This document shows, piece after piece, positions 19,496 through 30,100 of a stretch of 64,000 bases of DNA. Positions within the stretch are counted from its first letter, which is position 1. Each line of letters starts with the position of its first letter. The DNA is from a virus. The DNA is taken from the IMG/VR virus record IMGVR_UViG_3300025174_000005. One strand, written 5' to 3'. A model generated the notes under the pieces. That model was not told the origin of the DNA. It saw nothing but the letters and a program-made list of their open reading frames with translations, and did not search any database. The position numbers and the translations under genes were made by a program.

Positions 19496-19726
19496 TTAAG
19501 CTCCTATACGATATGTTCCATTAGAAATAATTAATGTTTTATCTCTGTAAGCATTCATAACCCTAAACATATCACTATCTGTAACAGGTATGATATTGTT
19601 GTCTGGTATATTAAATTGTTCTATATATAGTTCTACTTCTATACGAGTCATAGGATCTGGCATGCGCCTAGGTGATAGTCCCCATACTGTATTACCACTA
19701 CATATAATATAAATTGGAATACTCAT
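19496..19726 (-). CDS. Small hypothetical protein (possible fibre assembly chaperone)
   Basis: 76 aa between two fibre-like genes; tightly packed. Confidence 0.45.
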   Translation of the reverse strand: MSIPIYIICSGNTVWGLSPRRMPDPMTRIEVELYIEQFNIPDNNIIPVTDSDMFRVMNAYRDKTLIISNGTYRIGA

Positions 19727-19737
19727 GTAATATCTCC

Positions 19738-20274
19738 TTAACCAAATGCTACTACTACCGCATCAACACCATCATTTGCACAAGTACCAGCTTGTTCATA
19801 CTTTACCGTAACATCACTACCAGACCAACTTATAGTTTGTACCGACCTTGTAGCACAAGGATCGGCACCACGTAAGGCTATATAAGCATGTGTAATTGTA
19901 AAACCAAAACTATATGTTACCTGCAATTCATGTACTCCCCCAACTAATGGAGCACCATTCATAGGTGGTGATTGCACATCCATGTGGGATACTTGTTTGA
20001 TGAGCTCTGCTTTAAGTTCAGCCCATGTTTTACAAACATCAGATTCATCTTTTAGTTTGTTGGAGCACTCAGCTAAATCAGCATTAAAAGCATACTTTGC
20101 TACAACCCTATCATTGCGCCTCTCACCTGTATCGTTCATATCAATAGGTGCTAAAGCATTGGCACGTGTATCATCTACAGCACCGCGTATATCATTCATA
20201 TGACGACCACGTATGATGGTCTCATCATTAACGACTGGATTGGGTGATGGGTGATTCCATGGAGGTAACGGCAT
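19738..20274 (-). CDS. Short tail fibre-like protein
   Basis: 'IIRGRHMNDIRGAVD' N-terminal fibre motif; strong AAGGAG SD. Confidence 0.5.
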   Translation of the reverse strand: MPLPPWNHPSPNPVVNDETIIRGRHMNDIRGAVDDTRANALAPIDMNDTGERRNDRVVAKYAFNADLAECSNKLKDESDVCKTWAELKAELIKQVSHMDVQSPPMNGAPLVGGVHELQVTYSFGFTITHAYIALRGADPCATRSVQTISWSGSDVTVKYEQAGTCANDGVDAVVVAFG

Positions 20275-20353
20275 AACTATGTCTCCTTAATTCTATGTAT
20301 AATAATAGCTAGCTATAGTCCGAATTACTTAGCTTGGATTATAGAACTCACTC

Positions 20354-20560
20354 TCAAGACTTAAATATGCATTCATCTATTTCTCTACGTGCTGTTGATT
20401 TATCTCTACGAGTAATATTATATCTTCTAAGTAAACGCAGTATAGTAGACTTATCAACTAAATATTTCAATGCTAACTTTGTTGATGCCATGCCAGAATT
20501 ATATTCTATTATTATTGATTTAATTTGTTCTGCTGTTAGCTTACATGAGTGTTTATTCAT
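20354..20560 (-). pseudogene. HTH-only stub resembling the N-terminus of a free-standing homing endonuclease
   Basis: KLT.EQI..II.EY.SG.....LA.KY.VDKSTI.RLLRR.NITRR......R.IDE..F, then a stop where the nuclease domain would normally begin. Confidence 0.5.
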
Positions 20561-23500
20561 ATTTCAGGTACCGACCTCCTGCTGTATCTATAGCGCTGTC
20601 TGGGGCGTATACAGGCAATGACAGAAATGTCATAGAGGGTTCATATATCTCTATAGCTAAACCACAATTAAAGGTATAACCTACGGTGAAGTCTGGGTTA
20701 TATGTTGTTACATTAACTTCTATTGGCATAATACCATAGGTGTTCTCGTATATATCCATATACCAATAAGCCCTACCATATTCATCTGTGGCCGTATCAT
20801 TAACTTCATCTATTGTAATAAGTTGTCTATCTGGATCAATAGGATTACCAACCTCTGGACTATCCACGGCAGGTACATATTGCCTAACAAACACCCAATC
20901 ACTAATGTTCAATTTATAATTAAACTTAATAGATGATGTGTTTGCTTCAATATAATCCTTATTTAATCTTTGAAGCTGTCCGTTAACATATACCATAAGC
21001 AACCCCTTACCAGGAACAAATGGAGTTACATTAACTATTTGTTGATTTGCCGCATAGATATAAGTACTGTCATATATCGTATCAGAAACTATATGTGTTT
21101 CTATTGTATCATCTTCATTAAGTTCGTAATTAAACATAACAGTTGTGTTATCAACTTCTACATAGTCGGCATTTAAACGCTGCAGTTGTCCGTTAACATA
21201 CACCATTAATTTCCATGTATCTAATTCAAATGTATTAGATAGGAATATTTCTGTCTGTCCACCCACTACTGTGTGTTTCTCACGCTTAACATCATCAAGG
21301 CGTATTCTTGTATAGATCCAATCTCCTGCATTTAATAGATTAGTAAATTCTATAGTGTTAATATCTAATTCAGTATAATCTCTATTAATGATTTGTAGTT
21401 GGCCATTAACCCATACAAATAATGTATCAGTACCCAATTCATATGGGTGAAAGAGTTTAAGTTTCTTATTGGTTGGATCACTAAGTAAATTATCTGATAC
21501 TACTTTAATTGGGCTGGGTGATGTAACTGGGGTAGGTAGTCCAACTATAGTTTCTAATACTCTACTTCTCGTGCGTCTAAAGTTAACTACCGCATTAGGT
21601 ATTGGTGTCCCATTAACATCAAGTAGTTCTACTGTAACTATCGCAACTTGCCTTACGTTTGTTCTAAATGAATTAGGACTAACCCTACAGGTTAATTTAG
21701 TTGGTATAGCATCTTCGTCTGTAAGATAAACAAATCCATTAGTGTGTGGATTAAACAGAGGGTTTAGTGCTAGATTAGTATTGTGTAATCCATCCGATGT
21801 TTCATGAGTAACTTCAATCCTTGAATAGGACTGACTTAAATTAACTAAGCCTGATTCATAATTTACAATATAACTATCCCTTAATCGATAGTTAGCCGTA
21901 AAACAAGCTGATGTCGGTATACATTCATAGCTATCTAAGGTAATTATATTATCTATTGCCGATGTATTTACACCATCCAGTGTAAGAGCTTCTATATCGG
22001 TGAACGATAAATACAATTGATTATCTCTGCCATTGCCACATATCTCTTCTGTAAACCATAGTGTTGGATTATAGTTCTCATCACAAAAATTAACTTGACG
22101 TAGAGGTGTTTTAATGGTATTGCCGCTTGTGTCTATATCTACTAATGATACCAATACTGGAAAGTTATCCTGTAAGTCCTTGGTAGAGATAGTAAAACTA
22201 TCTATGTTTTCAAACGTGAGGGTATTGGGTTCTGCAAACATATAAGACTTCTGATCATTGATGTAGTACCACCCACGATTAAGCATTACCCACCATTTAG
22301 CTAGGTAGTCTGTGTAATCTACGTGATAAGCAATATCTTTAACTATGTCTGTGGGGAATTCGTCTAGATGTCTTTTTTTGAGTAGTTGATCGACACTAAC
22401 TAATAAATCATCAAAGTCACCTACACCACTATGAAAATCCCTCTTACGACCTATATCTAAATACTTAAAGATATTAATAGGACCTACTGGTGGAGACGGA
22501 GGTATTACAACACTTGTATCAGCGAGTTCTAAACCTAGTGCGCCGTCATTATCCACTACCACTTCCCAAAAAGAACCATCGGGACTAATAAGAAAGTCGC
22601 CTATGGATTCTGGCAATACAACTATATCCTCAACGGTTGCTGTAAACAACAATGGTATAAGTAGATTATCTATTGGAAAGCTGGATAAATCAGGATCTAT
22701 TGCATTTGGAGTAAAACCTATTGTTTGTACTCGCTCTTTAAGTGAACCCCAGTAGCTCTTATCCCATATAACCTGTCCCCATATTAATGGGGAAGCCTGT
22801 GTTAGTTCATGAGCAAAGCCCCTAAGCTCACGAGTAGTAGTCCCATCTGCATTTAATAGTGTTGACTTATAGTAATCTTGATCTGAGAAATCATGTACTG
22901 TTATATCTTCACAACTAATATAGCGTATTTCTCTATCTCGTAGTTGTAGGTTATCTGTAAGGGTAATACTGGTTGGGCATGTTGGTGTAATAGAACATTC
23001 ATTAGCTGAAGTAGAGGTTGTAGTAACTTCTATTGGATCCCATAGATGTACTGTTACGGCTACATTAGTAGCGTCTACTCGTCCCAGATTAAGAAGGCTT
23101 ATGGTTGTTTTTGCTATATGATCTAGACGTAATTCATTTGGATTAAACGCGAGTTTATGTTCGAGATCTAATTGAGGATACGTAGTATTTACATAAATAT
23201 CTGCACGAGTAGATATTATAGGCTTAGTTAATAAAGCAATATTACAATGCCGCTCATCTAAATCTACCATTAATCTATCATTGGCAGATATATATGTGCA
23301 AGATATTATTTGATCTTCATCTAAATCGTTATTTAATTCAAATGTGTTATATCCTAATTCAACAGTATTTACCTCAATACCATCTACAAAGACACGAAGT
23401 GTTCCCTGTATGTAATTGTTATTAGTTCTAAATATGTTTTGTGTTGGTAGTATTCTAATAGGCACATCAACTGGCGTAATATAAGCTATGTTTATCATCT

Positions 23501-24674
23501 TATTCATAGAGATAGGTATATAGCTAGTATGAAGTGGTGTTTCTCCGCTATACTCTATATTAAAATTTAACTCCACTGGAGTGTGTGAGGCTGGCACTAA
23601 TGGGACTATCCACGTTATGGAGTTGTCTGGATTTAATACTCCACCTGAAGATATATCTTGAACAGTAAGATATTTAAACACTTCTATTGGTGTAAAGTTA
23701 ATATAGATTGGATGCTCATATGGATGATTTATAGTAATTGAGTCTTGAGTGTTAGGCCACTCCGTATGATGTATTAGGAATAGAGAGTTAGCTAATGCAT
23801 GCCTTAAGCCAGCTTCCGTAGCATTACGATTAAATAAATAAGCATCGCTTAATCGCTTTTGATATTGTTCGTTAGTCTCTCCACTAACACGAGGTTCGCT
23901 TAATAGTAATCCTATTTCATCATATTCGTTGAAGATATGATGTCTTACTGGCTTATATGATATAGAATTTATCTTAATATCAGTGTATGACTTACGAAAT
24001 ACTAGTTGTAAACTACTGGCTCCAAATACCTCTTGCTTGAACGCGATATCGTATGTGGTGTAATGAACTTTAAATTCCTGGTCTAACGGAATAGAGCCGT
24101 CCGTAATAACTATTCTACCACGATACTTGCCGCCAGTTAATATATTACTAATTGTGTATTGCGACGAGGAGAGATATATGTCGTTAAATGATACCCACTC
24201 TACTAGAAGATTATCTGTTAGTATATCTATGCCTATTTGTCTGTCAAGAATTAAAGTAGCTGTGCCAGGAGATGTAAAAGTTTGTATGCTTGCTTTACCG
24301 TAGATAAAATCGTGGAACCGATCTACTACATCTATATCAATTGTATCTGTATTACCAGTTAATGTAGTAATACTGAGTGTGGCTGCAATAATTACACTAT
24401 ATATAATGTCTAAAGATGTATTTGTGTAATTGGGAAATCTAATATATGGATTACGTACGATCTCCTTAATATCTTGTCTTAACTCTTCTTGAGTGAGAGC
24501 TATAGCATTTACAAGTTTAATTGCATTGGACGTAATTGTTGAAGGAATAATTATATCAGTAAAGGGAAAGTTCTTACGCGCTGCCGTAAATGCAGGTAAG
24601 GCGCCAATAAGTGCCTGGAGTTCCTTAGATACAGGATATTCTGTAGATGATAATGTGCGAATGTTATGAGGCAT
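20553..24674 (-). CDS. Large baseplate wedge/tail protein (1373 aa) with C-terminal repeats
   Basis: 'DEIGLLL..PR..GETNEQYQKRL' wedge motif; Ig-like (Big_1-type) segment; three VNGQLQ repeats. Confidence 0.65.
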   Translation of the reverse strand: MPHNIRTLSSTEYPVSKELQALIGALPAFTAARKNFPFTDIIIPSTITSNAIKLVNAIALTQEELRQDIKEIVRNPYIRFPNYTNTSLDIIYSVIIAATLSITTLTGNTDTIDIDVVDRFHDFIYGKASIQTFTSPGTATLILDRQIGIDILTDNLLVEWVSFNDIYLSSSQYTISNILTGGKYRGRIVITDGSIPLDQEFKVHYTTYDIAFKQEVFGASSLQLVFRKSYTDIKINSISYKPVRHHIFNEYDEIGLLLSEPRVSGETNEQYQKRLSDAYLFNRNATEAGLRHALANSLFLIHHTEWPNTQDSITINHPYEHPIYINFTPIEVFKYLTVQDISSGGVLNPDNSITWIVPLVPASHTPVELNFNIEYSGETPLHTSYIPISMNKMINIAYITPVDVPIRILPTQNIFRTNNNYIQGTLRVFVDGIEVNTVELGYNTFELNNDLDEDQIISCTYISANDRLMVDLDERHCNIALLTKPIISTRADIYVNTTYPQLDLEHKLAFNPNELRLDHIAKTTISLLNLGRVDATNVAVTVHLWDPIEVTTTSTSANECSITPTCPTSITLTDNLQLRDREIRYISCEDITVHDFSDQDYYKSTLLNADGTTTRELRGFAHELTQASPLIWGQVIWDKSYWGSLKERVQTIGFTPNAIDPDLSSFPIDNLLIPLLFTATVEDIVVLPESIGDFLISPDGSFWEVVVDNDGALGLELADTSVVIPPSPPVGPINIFKYLDIGRKRDFHSGVGDFDDLLVSVDQLLKKRHLDEFPTDIVKDIAYHVDYTDYLAKWWVMLNRGWYYINDQKSYMFAEPNTLTFENIDSFTISTKDLQDNFPVLVSLVDIDTSGNTIKTPLRQVNFCDENYNPTLWFTEEICGNGRDNQLYLSFTDIEALTLDGVNTSAIDNIITLDSYECIPTSACFTANYRLRDSYIVNYESGLVNLSQSYSRIEVTHETSDGLHNTNLALNPLFNPHTNGFVYLTDEDAIPTKLTCRVSPNSFRTNVRQVAIVTVELLDVNGTPIPNAVVNFRRTRSRVLETIVGLPTPVTSPSPIKVVSDNLLSDPTNKKLKLFHPYELGTDTLFVWVNGQLQIINRDYTELDINTIEFTNLLNAGDWIYTRIRLDDVKREKHTVVGGQTEIFLSNTFELDTWKLMVYVNGQLQRLNADYVEVDNTTVMFNYELNEDDTIETHIVSDTIYDSTYIYAANQQIVNVTPFVPGKGLLMVYVNGQLQRLNKDYIEANTSSIKFNYKLNISDWVFVRQYVPAVDSPEVGNPIDPDRQLITIDEVNDTATDEYGRAYWYMDIYENTYGIMPIEVNVTTYNPDFTVGYTFNCGLAIEIYEPSMTFLSLPVYAPDSAIDTAGGRYLKYE
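20880..21470 (-). repeat. Three ~60-aa beta-domain repeats (L.V(Y/W)VNGQLQ..N.DY.E)
   Basis: Visible at both protein and DNA level (ccgttaacatataccat / ccgttaacatacaccat / ccattaacccatac). Boundaries approximate. Confidence 0.8.
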
Positions 24675-24682
24675 ACGTTCCC

Positions 24683-25495
24683 TTAAGTTACGTTAATAGT
24701 CCCAGGTATTAAAAGTTCATCCTCATTAGGGATGTAATCTCTAAATAAAACCAGGTCTTCGTTAATACGCATCTCTGTTATATTAATATCTAGAATATCA
24801 GAAGAAGTATTGAGTGAAATACTAATAAGCTGATCAAAAATAATTGTATCGCCAAGAGATAGTGTATCTATGTAATTAATAATATTTAATTTAACAGCTT
24901 CTCTTAATGCTGGTCTACTTGCAAGATTAGTGTCTTTTCTAAACAATACTTGTAGGTTAATGTCTACTGCCATCTCTATGGGCTTAGTAGCTATGCCATA
25001 TACACCAAGAGCCTTATGTTCATCTATAACCTGTTGAGTATTGGCTAGTTCCATATCAGATAATGGACCTGTTTCTGGCAGCACAAATACCTGAAAGCTT
25101 CCAATACCAAATGTGAAATCTCTTACGATAGCATCTCTGATATTATCCAAAACAAGTATTTGTAATCTTATGGCTGTAGCATTAGTATCAGCGAGTTCAA
25201 GTACTTGGTTGGTAATTCTAAATCTGAAGTTATCATCACGCTCGTTAGGCATACGCTTGATAGCAAATAAGTCACCTAGACCATCTAAGAATACACCCTC
25301 AGCTCTAGATATTAGACTTTGTGCTAAGCCTATATCAAAATCTGTATATAGTTGTCCAAGAGTAGTATTAATACTGCGAAGTATCTCTCTAACAAATGTA
25401 CCTCGTGTATTTATTTTCTGTAGATCAGTGTTTGCGATTATGCGAGCTATTGCATTAGCATCTAATTCTTCTACGCTTCTTCTGATTATAGCCAT
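24683..25495 (-). CDS. Baseplate J-like wedge protein (compact)
   Basis: 'RAEGVFLDGLG....KR..NERDDNFRFRI' and the J-like C-terminus 'INYIDTLSLGDTIIFDQLI'. Confidence 0.75.
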   Translation of the reverse strand: MAIIRRSVEELDANAIARIIANTDLQKINTRGTFVREILRSINTTLGQLYTDFDIGLAQSLISRAEGVFLDGLGDLFAIKRMPNERDDNFRFRITNQVLELADTNATAIRLQILVLDNIRDAIVRDFTFGIGSFQVFVLPETGPLSDMELANTQQVIDEHKALGVYGIATKPIEMAVDINLQVLFRKDTNLASRPALREAVKLNIINYIDTLSLGDTIIFDQLISISLNTSSDILDINITEMRINEDLVLFRDYIPNEDELLIPGTINVT

Positions 25496-25920
25496 TAGAC
25501 TACGTCCTCTCCCACTGGCTTAAAGCTTATACCTGTATTAAGATCAACAACAGCTACTACTGTTACTGTATTTTCAAATAGATCTGATACACTAGTTAGT
25601 AAATAAAATGCTAATGTATTGGGTGTTAGAGGTACTGGTTCGATACGTAAATCAGATGGATTAACTAGATTATCAAATGACATTGCTTGGGTAAGGAGTT
25701 CTACTCCTTCCATACCCGTCTCAGCACTATTGTGTTTGCCCATAAGACTTTCTAAATTAGAACCTAGCGTAGGATAAAATTTATAATCACCCTTATTAGC
25801 TAAAGCACGAAGGGTCATGTTTTGTTTGAGAGCTGCTTCAGGAGGGGCAAGAACAAAGTCACCATCCTGAACAACAAAGTCAAAGTCATCTGTTAGAAGT
25901 AGGTCTTGGACATTTATCAT
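25495..25920 (-). CDS. gp25/W-like baseplate wedge subunit
   Basis: 'DLLL..D.D.VVQDGDF.L......LKQ....R....GD...YP.LGS.L', located directly upstream of J. Confidence 0.75.
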   Translation of the reverse strand: MINVQDLLLTDDFDFVVQDGDFVLAPPEAALKQNMTLRALANKGDYKFYPTLGSNLESLMGKHNSAETGMEGVELLTQAMSFDNLVNPSDLRIEPVPLTPNTLAFYLLTSVSDLFENTVTVVAVVDLNTGISFKPVGEDVV

Positions 25921-25943
25921 CGGAGTTCTCCATAAATAATAGC

Positions 25944-26780
25944 TTATTTACCGAATATTTTCAACGGATTAAAGGGTATACTTGGAAGGGGAATTCCTCC
26001 ACCACCTATACCAGGGATGCCTATCTTACCTAAACTACCTAATGATTGTTGTAGAGTATTAGTAATATTAGATAGGGGGTTAGCCTTCATTAGACCACCA
26101 AAGCTACCCAGGATGTTAGTGGGTAAGACATTACTCAATGATTTCATTAAGCTACTAGAGAAGAGATTAGTTGTCCCTCCTCCTATAAAAGGAACAATAC
26201 TGTTTACATTAAATCCAGGGAAAGGTAACTTAATACCAAGTATTTTTTCAAATGCTCCTGAGCCATTAAACATGGACTGCATATTTTGTACAAACTGAGG
26301 AGCTGCGTCCAAGAACTTAAATGGTCCACCACTAGGACTCTCTGTTGCGATAGCTGGATTAACATATTTAAAGTTCCACAGGAAACCCTTGGGATCTGTA
26401 ATTAAATGGAACTTATGATGCAGATGTATACCTAAATCTGCCATCTCTAGTAGAGATGTGGGTCGTTTGCTGTCAACCTTAATACCAGTAACTGGATCCA
26501 CATATATATCAGCAATAGACTTTTTGTTTGCATGCTGATGGAGTCTAAAGACGGAGCCACTGTCTTCATCAAGTACACCAACATCATCTCTGTTAAATTG
26601 TTCAATCTCAGATGGATCAGTACTATTGACGTACCATAGCTTTTCAAGAGCAAGTTTCTTTTCGTAATCTAATCCTTCAGATTTAGATATCTGATCTAAA
26701 ACATTAGTAATGCGAGCTTTGTCTTGAGCTAACTGTTGTTGTTCTTCCTGTAGGCTTTGAGTAGCTTTAGAATCCGCCAT
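25944..26780 (-). CDS. Baseplate/spike-associated protein with a Gly-rich amphipathic C-terminus
   Basis: Lies between the spike-like gene and the gp25-like gene; tail reads LGSLGKIGIPGIGGGGIPLPSIPFNPLKIFGK. Confidence 0.45.
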   Translation of the reverse strand: MADSKATQSLQEEQQQLAQDKARITNVLDQISKSEGLDYEKKLALEKLWYVNSTDPSEIEQFNRDDVGVLDEDSGSVFRLHQHANKKSIADIYVDPVTGIKVDSKRPTSLLEMADLGIHLHHKFHLITDPKGFLWNFKYVNPAIATESPSGGPFKFLDAAPQFVQNMQSMFNGSGAFEKILGIKLPFPGFNVNSIVPFIGGGTTNLFSSSLMKSLSNVLPTNILGSFGGLMKANPLSNITNTLQQSLGSLGKIGIPGIGGGGIPLPSIPFNPLKIFGK

Positions 26781-27156
26781 TTAGATTACTGCCTCCAGCT
26801 ATGTCTATAAGTGGTTCAGTAACTGCGCCATGAGCTTTCTGCTGGGCGTTTACTGGATTCTCTGGTAACATCTTATGTGGTAGGTTAATAGATGTAATTC
26901 TAGCTGCTGTCGCATTACCACCCTCAAATGTAATTGTAACAGGTGTACCTATAGTTGGCAACTTATGCATCATACCGCGGTCAAAGACCGTATATGGTAA
27001 TGGTGATTCATGTTCTATGGCAGAACCTGGAATTCTGTATTTAACCATAAAGTAGCCGTTGGTATACTTTGATGTTATATAACCAACAGTAGTAGGTGGT
27101 TTATTAGTAATCTGTTCTGATATTAATGAGTTTAGGGCTTGCTGTATTTTATTCAT
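26767..27156 (-). CDS. Baseplate spike N-terminal (gpV/gp5 OB-fold-like) protein
   Basis: 'LPTIGTPVTITFEGGN' OB-fold motif, directly after the hub gene. Confidence 0.6.
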   Translation of the reverse strand: MNKIQQALNSLISEQITNKPPTTVGYITSKYTNGYFMVKYRIPGSAIEHESPLPYTVFDRGMMHKLPTIGTPVTITFEGGNATAARITSINLPHKMLPENPVNAQQKAHGAVTEPLIDIAGGSNLNGGF

Positions 27157-27173
27157 AAATTAATATTAAACAA

Positions 27174-30100
27174 CTAACATATTCCAAAAGTACTACACGG
27201 ATCTACGGTATCTCCACTAAGTCCACTTAATACTTTGTTTGGTCCTAATGCGGCTTCAAAATGAAGATGTGGTTGACCAGGTGCTCCTGATACCCCTGAG
27301 CGAGCTACTACTTGTCCTTTGATAATACGTACTTTTTCACCGCGTCTAATGCGAGCCATAGTGGTTGGATCAAATTCGTAGTTCTGTAAGTGAGCATATC
27401 CAGCAGCAGTGCCATCATCATGATTAATAGCTAACCAGTTTCCATATCCCCTACCACTAGAACCTATCTGAGTACCTAGGGCTTCTACATATCCATCTGA
27501 AATTGCACGTATAGCTGAGCCCTCAGGAACACCTATGTCTATGCCTTGATGAATATGATCTCCTCGGTTAACACCGAAGGAGCTAGTGGTGGGTCCATTG
27601 CCTGGACGCACATACTGACCAGACTTAACGGGTACGGGTTTAGACGTATCAGCGGGTTGTTTAGATGTAGATGGAGGCAATGATTTAGTACCTCCTCGCG
27701 CACCCTGAGGAGCCAACTCCTCATTATTGGTATTGGGTTGTTTACCCTTATACTCATCCTCAGCTTGCTTACCAGCTTCTCTTATTTGTTTTATTTGTTG
27801 AGTAAAGTCATCACTAGATGCATTAGGTATATCATCTCCACCAAGGGTAACTACGGTACCCTGTCTATGACCTGCTATACCTGCAGTATATTCTCTACCT
27901 CTAAAGTTAAGAGGTGCTATAATAAGTGAATATTTACTAGATTGCCAGTATTCTATTGATAAGAATATACGATCAACTACTAGCCATACTAGTATATCTA
28001 GTACTAGAGATACTGCGAATTGTACAGCTGCCACAGGAGCACCAACACCCGTAGCTGCTTCACCTACTGCCGTAGCCTTAAGAACCACACTGCCTGCTTT
28101 AATTAGCTGTATAATGTTTTTGCCCGCACTAGTTGTTGTCTTACCAGCTTTGATCATCTTACCAAGTGTATTTAGACGCTTGGCTCTAGCAATAATGTGT
28201 ATCATGCCTTTGATTTTATTTAGGGCATCGCCGCCAGATTTAGAAAATTTATTAATAAGATCTTTGCCTTTAGATAAGGTAGATGTAGTAGGATTTTCAA
28301 AACCGTCAACAATGGCTGTTGCTTGAGCTGAGTTAGCAGTTTGGAATAGTTGTTTTGTTTTATTTAATGTATTGCCTGCCTTCAATAAGGTATTTTTGAG
28401 TTTAGCAGCACTATGTGCTAACCATGTAGTAACCGCATTTCTTACAACAACAGTAGCACCTATGGCTGCTATGCCCACTAAATAGTTAGCCCATAACCTA
28501 TCACCTTTTACAGCACAGGCTATATCAGGCGTAATATCTGTAACAAATCCCGTATCAAATCCAAAGTGGTGAGTAACTGCTTTTATATCAGCAACACCAT
28601 TCATCTCTACATATGAATCGGCTAAGTAGAATTTATCACATGGGAACGCCCACGGTGTACCCATAACTAATAGGCTTCCTTGATACATCTCTCTTGCAGA
28701 ATCACGAAGTAATGATCTAGTTATCTTGATAGCTTGTCTATGTGCAGAACTGAGTGGCCAACCATTAATGGTATTGTTAATTAAATCTTTAATTCCACCC
28801 CATATACCAGCTGTAAGAAAGTTTAAAAACAAATTAGGTATACCAAATCCAGCATGATCCCAAGGGTCACTAAACTTAGTAGCTAAGAATCTAGTATCAA
28901 CTACTTGGTTCTTGCGATATTGAGGGAAGATGGCGCTATCTATTACTTGAGGTTCTATTTTAGGTTCACTGTCAGATACATACCATACAGCGTGCATATC
29001 TGTATAAACAAGATCATTATTAACTTGTATGTCATTAGCTATAATATTACCCGAGGTAAATATATGAGCTTGAGAAAAGGTTTTGATTTTATATGCTACA
29101 GGTAGCCCAAAACGAGGGTCATTGATGTAAGCAGGATTAGGGTCGGTATTAGATACAGTTGTGCTTCCTGGAGCAGTTTGAGCATTCTGAGCTAGTGTTT
29201 GGTTAAGCTCTCTACCGCGAGCTATAAGTGATTGCTCCATTAATACTTTTTCTAGTTGTGCACGGACTTCATCTGTATTGGGATGATCAATATTACCGTT
29301 AAATATGGGTTTATATTTTTGATTTGTTAATTGTTGTAATTCTACTTCCTTTAGGATAATATCATTAGCAAGTAATGTCATTGCAACATCTGAAATAAGT
29401 ATGTTTTGAGTGGATTGAATCATACGTAGTGAATTGAGGATGGTCCGAGTTAAATCTTTAATTCTTTGAATATCTTTAACACCTACTTGACTAGTAGATG
29501 TTTGGGTTACATTTATATTGTGTTCTTTATTATTTTGTATGTCCTTAGAGCTAACTCTATGATATGCATACCTAAAGTCATAGTATCCTTCTCCAAAGAA
29601 AAGGGTTGATCTATATTCAAATGGACGTACTTGTAAGTAAAAGTTGGGGCTTGTTTGCATACACAGGGTCATAACATCCCATGGGTTCTTATTGAATATA
29701 AACATATTAAGTTTATGGCCACCTGAACGAAGGAAGTCCTCCTGTGTAGGTGTATCTTCCTTCTTAGCTAATCTGGCTACATCAGCTGGTGAATATATAT
29801 TCTCGCCTATTTCACCATAAAAGGCTTTAGGATCTGTGGATGCTAAGTAGAAACCCCTTAGGGGTTCTATTAAATCCATAGTTGTCCTTCCGAAAAAAGT
29901 TAAATTATCAAAGTTAATAGCTACACTTGCTAATATTAGTTGATCTGGTAATGGTATTCCTTTAGCATTTATTCTTTCTAGTGTTTCTTGCATGGATTGC
30001 ACTAAAAATCGTTTATTGCTATTTACTTGAGCTTTCATGGCATTCATTATTGGTTCTGGATATACGGGCCTACCGAAATGTACAACTTTCCAGCCCTTCC

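Noticed and set aside
20880-21470. VNGQLQ repeats as a DGR template/variable-repeat pair
   Set aside because: Differences are not confined to adenines; these are ordinary tandem domain repeats.
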